A program made the position numbers and the translations under genes. The notes under the pieces were generated by a model. It had not been told where the DNA came from. It saw only the letters and a program-made list of their open reading frames with translations, and did no database searches. A DNA stretch of 64,000 nucleotides from Eutreptiella sp. 'Long Island Sound 2002' (taxonomy: Eukaryota; Protista; Euglenida): assembly GCA_964036045.1 (NCBI GenBank), contig OZ038379.1, positions 57,846,001-57,910,000 on the forward strand, in the 5' to 3' direction. How positions within the stretch are numbered: the stretch's first letter is position 1; every line of letters starts with the position of its first letter. Below are positions 23,201 to 35,000 of the stretch, piece by piece.

Positions 23201-26200
23201 GTTACAGGTCCTCTGAAATTCATCCAAACAAACGTTACTTCTTTGCGCGTCCATCACGAGGACGTCTTCAGTTTTTAGGCAGATGTAATTGGGATGGAAG
23301 AGACACGGCTCACAGAGGCCGGACAGCGCTGCATGAAAGCCATTGCCGCAGACTGGGGCTGGGAATGCTACTGGGGGAAGCCCCTGGGCTCACCTGCGGG
23401 AGGCATTTGGGGGGCACCTCAAGGGGGGGTAGGTTTACTGTTCAAAAAAGGCTGGAATGTCCGGAAAGTGGAGCCGGATTCGGATGACCCCATCGCCTGC
23501 CAGCTCTGGCACTCTGGACGGTGGTTGCACACGCGAGCAGGGATCGGCTCGGGCCAGTGCGTACTGAATATATGCGTTGCATATGGCGTGTCGGGAAATG
23601 AGTCCCTCAATCGAGAATTCTGGGATCAGGTGATCTGTTACCTGAGCAGGCCGGGGAATGCTAGCTGCATGCTGCTGACTGATGCAAATTTCAATTTTGA
23701 CCTGTTGCACAAGATTCCATCAGCGCCACTGACTGCGCTGGCGGACGGATGGCTTGTAGATGCAGGCAGGACCCATGCAGTTTTACATGGCAAGCCATGT
23801 GTTTGTGGCTTCCCCAAGGACGGCAAGCCGGCTACCCGCATAGACGGTCTGCTAGTCACCCTAGCTCAGGCAGGGATGCTAACAGGGGTTACAGCTCTGC
23901 GCAAACACTCCCTTCCTGGGCATGTCCCGGTATGTTTTACTTTCTCGCTGGATGCGCCACTCCTAAAGGTCATCGAAATGAAGAAGCCGCCGCCCTTCTC
24001 CCCACCACCCAGGACAGAGGATGACACACAGAAAATTTGCAAACTCATGCTACACCCCCACCAGCCAGAATGGGAAGGACTGTTGCACCAGGGGGATGTG
24101 AACCCCATCTGGGCGAAGTGGACCTGGCTGGCTGAGGAAGTCGGCATGGGGCTCTCATGCACACACCTCACTGTTGACACCCCCAACCCAACGCTTCCGT
24201 TTGCACACAAAACGGCGCCTAGGGGCCGTGGTACAGAACACATGTTGAAAGAAACGTCGCTGGCTCCACGGGGCATAGGCCTCACAGGTGGGCCGCGCAC
24301 ACGACTCCTCTCTAAAATCACGGGGGCTCTGGGAGCACTTCGCACTGTCATCCAATGGCAACGAGCCCAGTTGGGCATCAAAGGCACGAGAGTGCCAGCG
24401 TCACCCAAGCGCAAGGCCAAACATGTGTTGAGACCAGGTGCCATGCCAAAACAGGTGGAACTCTCGTGGCAGGCCGCCTGCCGCCGCATGCGTAAAACAG
24501 GCCTGGCTTTCCGGGAGGACCTGCTGCTCCACGAGTTTGTCGCTATTGCCCCCGACCCCACCCTTGCTGTGGACCGCCCTGTGCCAGCGCTGGTCGACAC
24601 GATATCTGCATATGACGGGCTGTGCCTCCTGGGGAAGAAGTATGCGCGTCACGAGGAACGCACGTGAATTGAAAAGTGGAAGTCCAAAATGGATCAAGTG
24701 TGGCTAGACAAACCAAAGGAGGTGTACAAGTGGATTCAAAACGAATACCAACCCCCCCTGGTCATGCTCCTGGACCCGGAAACAGACCAGCCTACGTCCA
24801 ATATCCCGCGGATGGACGAAATATTAGATGAGTCGTGGGACCAAGTCATGCGAAAATACGCCGACATTCCAGAGCCAGATGTGTGTGCTTTTGCACAAAA
24901 GTATGATCAGTTCCGGATCAAGAATGCGTGCATGCAAGCGAACCCCATCACAGGAAAACGCCTTGCGAAGCGTCTCAGAAAGATGGGGGTCCACACAGCC
25001 ACTGGGCTGGATGGGTGGTGTGTGTCTGACCTGCTGTTGCTGCCTGTCTGCCTGCTGGATATGCTCGCGGAAATCCTGCACCTTGTCGAACAGACGGGCT
25101 GCTGGCCCAGTGTTTTGGCCAGAGGATATGTCTCATTAATACCAAAAGGGGAGGGTATGTTGCCCATGCAGCAACGACCTCTGTCTGTTTTGTCCCAAAT
25201 CTACAGGGTTTGGGCAGGAATTCGACTGGAAGAGTGTATGCTGTGGCAGGAACAATGGATCCACCCACATGCATATGGTTTTAGAAAGAAACGGGGGGCC
25301 ACAGACGCGGCCGCCTTTATTTCAATGCTTATTGAGCTTCACAAGCTCATGAAAATTGTTTTACATGGCTTCGGGTTGGACTATATAAAATGCTTTGATC
25401 TCATACCTCAGTCTATCGTACTACACATTGCCCTCACACAAGGAATGGACTTGGGGACACACAGAGCGCTCACTGGCATGTACCACACACTCACGAGGTG
25501 TTTCAAGATTATGGGCTGCTGCGCCAGCTTTTTCGGCGCCACGAACGGTATCTTTCAGGGCTGCCCGCTAAGTGTCATACGTATCAACCTGATGACCAGC
25601 GTATGGAAGCGTGTGCTGGATGCCCAGCAGCAAGGCATTAAAGTCACAGTGCAGCGGCTTTCCCCCGGGGACCAGCCAGCGCAGGCCCTGCATTACATTT
25701 TGACTGCCCTAGGGTATGCGGACGACACCTATGGGTTCGCTGCAGGGAACTCCACACTCACCCCACTGCTGGACTGCACTTCCACCTAGCTGGACGACAC
25801 AGGATAGGGTGTGAATGCCAAGAAGTCGGTCGGTTTTTCATCGGATGAACGACATCCAGTGCGAGCTGCACTGCAGGGGGTGCCTTTTCCCGTTTCGCCC
25901 GAGTTCCAATCGTTGGGCGTAGGTGTTCGCACCACTGATGCCAGCTGCTCAGGGCCGCTCATACTGAAACGCATCCCCAAGGCCTGTAGTATGCTCGACA
26001 GGGTACATGGTGCGCAGGGGAATTTCGAACGCCGGTGTGATGTCATCTCCAGGATGATAACGGCCACAGGACTGCATGCAGCGGAAATAGTGCCCCTGCG
26101 GCCTAAGGACCTGCTGCCCTTTGAAGCAAAGGTCATGAAGACCATATGGGGCCCATCCCGACCGCGCAGGGCTAAAGAAATTTTCTTTGCACTGCTTTGC

Positions 26201-28274
26201 AAGGGACACAGGATTGCGCCGACCCTGATGCTTAAATATCACCGTATCCTCTGGCTGGAGCAACTGTGCCGCACCAGGGGGGCGGGCCAAATCACCGCAC
26301 AGGCCATCTGGGAAACGGGCCATGCATACAGCGCACAAATGTGGGTGGGTGGCCACGCAAGGATGGTGGGGATGGACAGTACCCGGACGAAGCGACCCCC
26401 TCCTCTTTTATGGAGACAAAAACACAGTGAAGCACGAGGTGCATGAGCAACTCCGGTCACAAATGTTGGACAGCCTAATACAGCGGCGTCCCCAGATTTT
26501 TACGGGAGCTCACTACACCACGTGCCGGCGCCTGGTCCAGCCCAGCATAGCGACCTTTGCCACAGAGCTACAGCGTTCCATACTGCGGGGCATCCTTTCC
26601 GGAGCCACCTGGACAGCGCTCCGGGCTTATCAGTGTGGCATGAGAGCCACATACACGTGCCCCTATTCTGGCAACGCTCCGGAAAACGAGGAGCACATTT
26701 TGTGGCAATGCTCTGCGTGGAGCGCGGTGCGGGACACCCACCTACTAGGAATCAAGTCGGCGGCAGCGCAAGTCCCAGGCCTTCGCTTAATGGACCAGTG
26801 GTCCCCATGTTTACGACTTTGTGGACTTGCCCCAGAGCTGGACCCAGACAGCGTCAAGTCAGGGACAGCGCTAGCTTTCCTGACAGCTCTGCACAATATG
26901 TTAGTGACCGTTTTGCAGGCCCGCAAGTTACGAGACGCACAATCCCCCATGCTTATTAGGGGCCCGAGCCTCTCACAGCAGCTTCGGCAGTACCCGTACC
27001 ACCAGCTGGTGGGACCCCTCCCCAAACCGGACGACAAGGGGTTACTTCTTTTACGCACCCCCAAGAAAGTGGAACGGCAATGGGAAATGCCCTTTTTAGC
27101 AGACCTGCTGCGATGGCTGAGGGAACTACACTGGGCCCCGGAGCCTGGCACAGTAACGTTCCTGGAACTCGCGGTGGACTTTGAAGAGTTTGCGCAGCGC
27201 ACTCTCCCACACGCACCACAGGCGAAGTTCAAAGGCACAACTCTCTCACTACAGGAGAGAGGCCGGGTCTTGCGACTGGCGATGGCAAATGCGCAGCGCC
27301 TGGTCACCAAAGGCCACCTGCATCCGGCGCGTGTGGTCACGCGCTGCAGCTCTTTAGTCCCTCTAGGGGGGCCAGCACTTTGCGGCCTAAACAGCCGCCC
27401 CTATTTTACTTGCCGTAGTGCCATGAGCACACACATTCAGCAGTTAGCAGCATACTGTGAGCGCACGTGGGCCACCAAGGTTGGTCTCAACATAATATAC
27501 AAACTGCGTCCATACACACATAGACCACGGAGAAATGCGCAGGAAGTGGAGGAGCATCGACTGCAGCGTGCACTCCAGGGGAATCTGCAGTTAGAAATGG
27601 CTCCGTCCTCGGAACAGACTACTTTTGCCAAAGGGGGGGGGGGGCTGCCTTCCTTTGCAGCTGATTTTTTCCCTGTGATAGGGGATGGGAAGTTTGCACA
27701 GCGCCCCTATACCGGAACACGCAGGCGCACGAACACACACAGGGCGCCACAACCAGCGCCGCCGGCTGATTCGTCTCAGTGCGCCCAGCACTCGGCTACC
27801 GCGTGCACGACTTGCAAAAGACTTCGGCGCACAGCTGAAGCATGCTGTGCGCTATGACACCACGCAGAGGACCACATAGCCCGCAGGCCACAACTGCAGC
27901 TATGCCCACTGCATGGCCTGCCAGCATGCCCGAGGTGCACACTCAAGCAAAGGGGAGTGCGCCACTGCTGTCAGCGGGGAGACCATAAATTGTGCACCCC
28001 AATGCCTGTGCGCCGGAAGCGCCCACTTACACGGCCGCAACTGCCCAACAAACGACCATGTCCGCAAGGGCCTGCACGTATCTCCACGGGTGTGCTGAGG
28101 TCCCCACACCAACCCCCCACCCCTCCATCCCCCAAACGCAGGAGGCCGAAATCACCCCCCCCTCCGTCCCCGCCAGCCCTAGTTCCACGGGGGCTGGAGG
28201 AGACCGTGGCCGAGGATGTCGCACGCCCGCTTTTTGTGACGACGCACGGGAGAGCAACCACTCTGGATACCTAG
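23201..28274 (+). pseudogene. LINE ORF2: AP endonuclease, reverse transcriptase, zinc-finger region, tandem Cys/His motif
   Basis: APE motifs QTNVTSLR, MEETRLT, GGVGLL, LTDANF, TRIDG, PGHVPV. RT motifs TGLDGW, QRPLSVLS, AYGFRK, LDYIKCFD, GIFQGCPLS, GYADD. CPYSGNAPENEEHILWQC zinc-finger-like. In-frame stops at 23276, 24665, 25787, 25805 and 27855; frameshift near 26335. Confidence 0.95.
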
Positions 28275-28405
28275 CCGGCAAAATACAGAGGTTCTGATTC
28301 CGCAGAAGGGAGCGAAACAACGTCACAAAGAGGCCTCAGCAGACCTGAGCCAAATGAGACGTCCAGCCCTACGCTGCACAAGGATCCACCTCTAAAAGTA
28401 CAGAT

Positions 28406-28423
28406 CACACACACACACACACA
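28406..28423. repeat. (CA)9, right flank / probable TSD of the family-A LINE
   Basis: Follows ...AAAAGTACAGAT directly. Confidence 0.9.
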
Positions 28424-28501
28424 TACACCTGCATCACATACCTGTGAAATTTATCACTTGGCACTCGAGGAGAGTACCCAACCTCTCACTAAGGGAATGC
28501 C

Positions 28502-28951
28502 ATGCACGCAGTGCACACACAGTGCAAAGTTTTGGATGTCGACAAATACTCGAACCTTAGTTTCGGACCCTTTTCACAAGTTTTAGGTTCGTACCAGGGG
28601 TTGTTTGGGCTTCCTAACCATTTAGGATGTGGCATATTTGAATCGTCAAGTGCACCACGCAAGGCAAGAGATGGAACGCATTGAGGGAAATCATGTTTGA
28701 GAGCTTTGAGGATGCTCGCCAAGATCAGCTCCCAAAACACAAATTGCAAGGTTCGATTACACATTGATGCACCTATGCATGTGTAGATGCATAATTCTGC
28801 ATGTGTATGTTTGGTGCCCTTGAAGGCCTTTGAAGGCATTTTCATTGTTCTCATGTGGCCTTTGCTGCTTCCCCGTGCTATTAGACAGGTGACAGGTATT
28901 CTTGGGTAAATATCCCAGCCTCTGCGTCCCTAGTATGCACGCAGTGCACAC
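28502..28951. mobile_element. ~416-bp segment bounded by exact 17-bp direct repeats (possible TSD-flanked retro-insertion)
   Basis: ATGCACGCAGTGCACAC at 28502-28518 and 28935-28951. Confidence 0.4.
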
Positions 28952-29659
28952 GCTATGCAAGAACTTGGCCTAAGAGCTAAATGAGAGCTAAGTGACAGCT
29001 GAATGCGCCGGCTCGCTAACAACTGGGCGACGACTCACTTAGTTGCTCATTTAACCGAACGGCTAGAAAAACAAACGAACGCCCCGTCATCCTTCACCAA
29101 ATGAAGATATAAATTACCTAACACAACAAACGGGCACAATGGTGCCACAAAGCATGAGTGAGCCCCTGATCAGCCCCAACTTCACGTGTCCATTCACGCA
29201 CGAGTGAGCGGCAGGCACACATTATGAGATGAAAGAGTCATTTGGCATCTCCCACACGGACCATGCCGGTTTCGGGCAAGGCTAGAAACTGCATACATTA
29301 TCTTTAGGTATTTTGGTCGGCATAAGCCGTCACAACCTCCCCACTTGCACCCGCCCGAGAAGGCAACAGCGGGTCACTAAGGTCTCCAAGCACACCGACA
29401 TAGCAAGCACAATTGAATGCCACATAAGTTGCATAAGTTAGTTTGCCACTATGCTCCACACAAACCCCGTGGAGCCGACATCCAAAACACATTTTTAGCT
29501 CAAAATCGAAAGAAACCAAAAGACCAAGATGTTGATTCCAAAAAAGGGGTGTTTTTATTCCGATTTTTCGGCTAGAGCCTTGCATTCCCAAAGCGCACTC
29601 ATCACTTTTTGCACGGGCCCCGCTGCTGCCTCGTTCCTCTACACCAGCTCGGGCCAAGT

Positions 29660-30331
29660 TTTATTGGTCGCCTACATGGATTGCTGCCACGCGCCCGTAT
29701 CAGACGTACCGGGGTCTGCATTGGGCAACCTGGCTCCCTCTGCGGGCGCTGTGCCGACACGTGTGGGTTCAGTGGATGTGGGGTAACATGCGGTGGGCGG
29801 GTTGTTCCCCCGCCTTGGGAAAAAACTAAAGCCCTCTGCCCCCTATGTTCCCAGCGGTATCGAGGTACTCCGCTCGCACGACTTGTGCATTGCAGTGCAT
29901 GGTCCCCGGTTTTCCTTCAGGAATGGGTCAGCACGTGGGGTCTTTGGGAGGACATGGCACAGCGGTGGCTTGACCAGGCCTTGCCGGAAGATCTCGACCA
30001 CATTTCCGAATTGCGTATTCCCCAATCTTTCAACGACACTGTACCGCGGGAACGGCTACGCGAGCTCCGGTACCGCGTGGCGTGGCATTGGTACGATATG
30101 GTGCATGCCACAACCCTCCTACGCCAGTCCCTACCCATGCCCCCACGCACTGACGGGACTCGCTCGAATTTTGACAGCCGCAACACGCCGATGTGGTACA
30201 CCAAACTCCGTCGCCGGGTTTTCTTTCTGAACCCCGACGATGCCGTGTTGCGGGCACAGGTACACTACAAACCGCGGGAAGGGGGGCGCAACCAACGCGG
30301 CCTCAATAAGTGGACAACTGCTTTATATTGA
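29660..30331 (+). mobile_element. 5'-truncated non-LTR retrotransposon 3' fragment
   Basis: HVWVQWMWGNMRWAG and LCPLCSQRYRGTPLARLVHC, typical of a post-RT zinc-finger region of LINEs. Confidence 0.55.
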
Positions 30332-30469
30332 TCCAGGTTGTTCGCTAGAGCCGGCAGCCAAGGACAAGCACACAAGTGACCCACGGAGCTAACCGCAACG
30401 CCTCGCTGTATTTTACATAGTGGAGCACCCCAACCAAGAAGGGGACACGTGCATTGATTGGATTTCGCA

Positions 30470-31330
30470 GTACTGCTGGACTAATGGCTGGAATTGTCTA
30501 TGGCGGGGACATTCAGTCTATCAGGACCGACCATTGATCCCCCCAACGCGGCCCCAAGCGACCGCGGTCGTTGCCTGACGCTCGTGCAACACACTTTTTG
30601 CAGCAGCCTCACTCTTACAACACGGTCTGTACGCCCCTCCGTCTCCTCTCTTCTCAGAGTCCGCCTCTTCAGGCCACGGTCCACGACTATGTGTCTCGCC
30701 CGCTCACCTCCTCCAGTCCAGGACCCCACCGACCCCTCGTGACTCATCCGGGTCTCGTGGAGGAGCTTTTCCTCATGAGGTCAGTGGCTCAGTTACACTC
30801 CCTGTGGAGAGACATGCGCCGTGACCTACATGCACACCACAGATCCCATACACTTTTTCTTCATATGGCCTGCAAGACCACCGTCTGGATGCGCGCGATG
30901 GTCTCGGCATGGAGGGCCCCGCTACTGTCAGCCCGGTATCTGTTCCGCACATCTTGCTTTCAAGGCGCCATGCATGCCAAGGTGAATATGGCTCGTGCCT
31001 CGCTCGCATACCACACTTACACCCTCTCCTACCTTCCTACGCCCACGCTGATTACCACCCTCCTGGGGGTGTACCAGCTCTAGACACGCACCATCGGAGG
31101 TGCCACTCTGCACCATGCATCCATGTGCCATCAGAAATATATGACATGGGCCTCCATGATGATCTACCGCATTCGGGCCCACGAGCAGTGGCTCCACACT
31201 TGCATGACAGAGGCTGAGCGCTTGTACAAGGCAACCTTCTCCGGCACGTCCCGGTCTATCTGAGCTTCGTATGTAGAACTGATTCACTACCGCCATAGGG
31301 CGGCGTACGAATCAGCAAGTGCCCTGAAGC
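30470..31330 (+). mobile_element. Decayed retroelement-like coding fragment
   Basis: Long GC-rich frames with TAG/TGA interruptions; ARATHFLQQPHSYNTV weakly resembles the post-RT segment of family C. Confidence 0.3.
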
Positions 31331-32049
31331 GACAGATACACTCCCAGTACGTGGGCCTCAGTACTGGGCGTCTCTTGGCGCGTCAGTGGGCCCACTAGGT
31401 CACAGTCACTGAACAATGGCAGGAGGTAGCTTGGCGCGAGAAGGGTCAGTATCTGAAGAGCGAGTTAGCGGTACTGCGCGTTCTACTGTTGAAGCGCCGG
31501 CGCCCGCTGTCCCCCGATACCCGTGTCTACAAGCGGCGTTGCCTAGAACCCCCCAGCCCGACTGCTCTCCAATTTAGAGGGTCGCCCAACAGAGAAGGCG
31601 CCAACCTCCCTTTCACCCAACTCACTGGGTCCCCCATTCGGGAGATAAGCTTCTGAGGCTGCCCCAGTACCCGACTCTGCAGTATGGACCCGCCTGAGTG
31701 ATTCAGCCTGCTTCACTTTCCACCCTGGTGTATGAGTCTTTCGATTCTGCACTAGGGCCCCCCTGTATGTCCTGATTGTTAGTTTCTGATGGTTAGTTGC
31801 TCTTTGGTTTTGATGTAGTTGTAACTTCGCAGTTTTTCTAGGTGTTGACCCTCTGTGGTCGTGGCAAGCCCCACCACCGGCATGGAGTGTACAATACATA
31901 CAGGTCCTGGGCCCCCATTGGGCTCTCCCTCTGTGGAGAACTGCCTCACCCACATCCAACCCAGTGGCTAAGCTTACTTTGCTGTACATACCTCTAGGCC
32001 ATTGCTGCCTAAGCACACTGTCTGCCATGATGGCTGCACTCACCGGTGT

Positions 32050-35000
32050 CGGAACAAAAACAAAGTTTTATTGGTCGCCTACAGCGAGGAAAGTAAATGA
32101 AATGCGGTGAACAACACAAAAGTGCCCCTTGAACCCTTTGTCGTATCACTTTTTGTGCTGGAACCTTTTGGTCGAAAACCTGCTGTATCCGCCCTGCTGC
32201 ACTGGAAACACGTGCTAAATCTCCGTCTATCGAACCCTTCTAGTGCCGGAACTCTCTTTTGCACCCCTTCTAGTGGACCCTCTAGCACTAGAACCCCTGC
32301 TACCACCCCTTCTAGTGAACCCTCCCAACGCACTAGGCCAAGCACACAAGGAGCCAGTGCATGATATGTGCAGAACCATATCCACCGAGCTACAGTTTGT
32401 ACATGTTCTAGCGGGGGGGGGGGGGGGGGGGCTACACCCCGCCCCTGCGTTGGCGAGGTCCTGCGGGGCCTGGGTTTTCAAATGCTTTCCCCGCCCCAAC
32501 TGTTTTGGCCGCTTTCGTTGCGGCCGGGGGTCGTCTAGCGTCTCCTGAGGCGGCCGCAGCTGAGTGGTCCCCTTTGGTTCCCACTCCCGCCGACGCCAAT
32601 GTTTTCCCCTCTCCGCTACTCCGCCGTCTCGGCGGCCAAAGGCATCATCACCGCCCTAGGGGCCCTACTCGTGCCCGGAGTTGTCGGCATTGTGCCTCAT
32701 TATTGGGGGATCGCTGTGCCGCCATGCGGTACGGCAGCAACGGTGGTCACTAGGGTCGTTCCCCCACTCCGGGTTTGTCGATCCCGGCCACCAATTTTTT
32801 GGGACCGGGGTCCTCGCCGCTTGCTCCGCGGACGTGCTGTTGGCGCTACATTTGTAGGGGTGGGGTAGCGCTTGTCCTGCAGCTCCGCCATTAGACGGGG
32901 CCCTGACCGGGGTGCTGTGGATTCACGGCCCTCCTCTGCCATGACACGGTCGGCCGCGGGGATACAAGAGGCTTTTGTGGCAGCTTGGGGCATCAACGTG
33001 TGGTCCACCACGGGGGGGCGGTCCATTGCGGCCGGTTGGGATTTGGGGGTCAAGGGAGATCCCGTACCTCGCCTCCGCGAGGTAGTGCGCAAGGTGTGCT
33101 GGTTGCCAAGAGGGCTCCATTAGGGGCTGGTGGGGGGCGTACAAGGCGTGGATGTATCGTGGAATTGTTGCCGTATAGCCCGGGGCTTCCAACGGGTGCG
33201 GTATCAGTGGGTGTGCCGGCATGGCAAGGCGCGACGTGTATGGAGTTGTATGTTTAGCGGGGAAATTGATGTGTCACTAGATTGAGCACACAGGGGCCCC
33301 AGGTGCAAGCTAGAAGACCAAATTTCGTTCTAGCCTAGATGGCGCTAGAAGGCTAGAACGAAAAAAGGGGGGGTACCCTCACCCATGGAAAAACACGGCG
33401 CTAGATGCACTTCCCACTGGAACACACGTTCAACACCACACCAGGGCTCATCCTTGGGGCAGCCAGCAAGTCACACTGGGCAACGCGCCGCTCGGCTGCA
33501 CCGAACAAAGAACCGACGTTTGAACAATACGTCCACCGGTGGCTCCAAGAGGTGCAGGGAAAGCAAGGAAAAGGGGAGACCTAGAGGTCATACACCACGT
33601 GACGGTTGTAAGCCTAGAAGCTCCCGCTTCGTTCCCTCTCTTTCCGCCCCATGTGCCGGCGCAGCTCGTGCAACACCCACGCCATCGTGGCCCAAGCGGG
33701 CCTTCAGCAAAGTGGCATGCGCCTTGGGGTGGGCGTACCACACTCTAATGGATTCATCGATGGCATGCTGTACGAACTCCGTCCCCAGTGTGTGGGGAGT
33801 AACGCACTCAATCGCCGCATGGAGGTGGTGCGAAAACCAGCCGCCCACTTTTCCAGAACCGCCGGCCCCCATATCTGGTTGCGCACCGATACAAGCCGAC
33901 TCTCCACTTTATGGGACCAACCACTCCCGTCGCCAAGTCGCCGTCGAGCCGGCCTCCAGTCGTTGGACCGCGCCGAGGAGGCTCAGAGGTGGGGCGCCGT
34001 TTTCAGCTGTGCCCCGCAGAGGAGGCACGTCGTGTCGAACCCGTGCGCCAAGACGGTCATCGTGGGGACATTGTCCATGCGGTGCTTTGATATACCCCGC
34101 TGCTGGTCATTGTTGAACTACTCGAGGAGGATCCATTCTGCGGCGTGTAGTTGGCCCCCAACGAGCCTCACATGCGACCGTCACGGGAATAGAGGCTTGC
34201 TCCGGCAGCCAATCAACTAGTCAAAAGGCGCCCTAGGGGAAAGTGGCATTCGTCGTGGTAGGTTACTTGGGGGAAGAAGGAGAAATGGCGGCGGTTGAGC
34301 CATGTGAGGTCTACTTGCAGTGGCTCCGCCGTAGCTGCATTTGCGAGGACATTAAGGTCCTTGATCTTAGTTTGACGGTGTGGTGACCACATTTATGGCC
34401 GAGGCAGCAGCTAGGCGGCAGCCCCCCAGGTTTGAGGAATACACTAGGTGTATGCCATCTCCGCAGTTGCCCCTCGCCTGGGAAATGCAAAGGGCCCCCA
34501 CCGCCGCTTGGGACTCTGGCACCAGTCAGTATACTCTCGGCTGCTGGGGCATCCGCCGGACCTAAGTGAGGAGTTGCTCTCTCCTTCTTAGGAGGTGCCC
34601 ACCCCGGAGTCGACATGGGCTCGGTAAGCCCCATGCCCACACTAGGCAACCCCTACCCTAGCCATCCTTGGTGGCGCCGTCCCAACATCCACCGCGACGA
34701 CATCTCCACCGAGGGTTGCCAGTGCCGGCACGTCATGGAGCCAGGTCCCTTGCTCAGTTTTAGGGCCACGGCCTAGGGGGGGGTTCAGTACTCAGGCCGT
34801 GCGGTACCAAAAGAGCCAGGTCTCCATGATGCTCGCGGAGGCCAGGGTGGAGCTCGGCAAGCAACGTACCCACCGTGCTGAGCGAATAGTAAAGGGGCCC
34901 CTTGTACTTGTACTGTGGGCACGTCTGCAACACTGCAGAGTATTTGAACTGTGCCACCGCGGCCGGAGCAACCGCAATGCACGGTCCTGGTGCCAATGCT

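Larger units (their letters stand above)
21223..28405 (+). mobile_element. Near full-length non-LTR retrotransposon (family A: ribozyme, ORF1, APE-RT-Cys/His), inactivated by a few nonsense and frameshift changes
   Basis: ORF1 and ORF2 motifs listed separately; flanked by (CA)8 and (CA)9. Confidence 0.9.
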
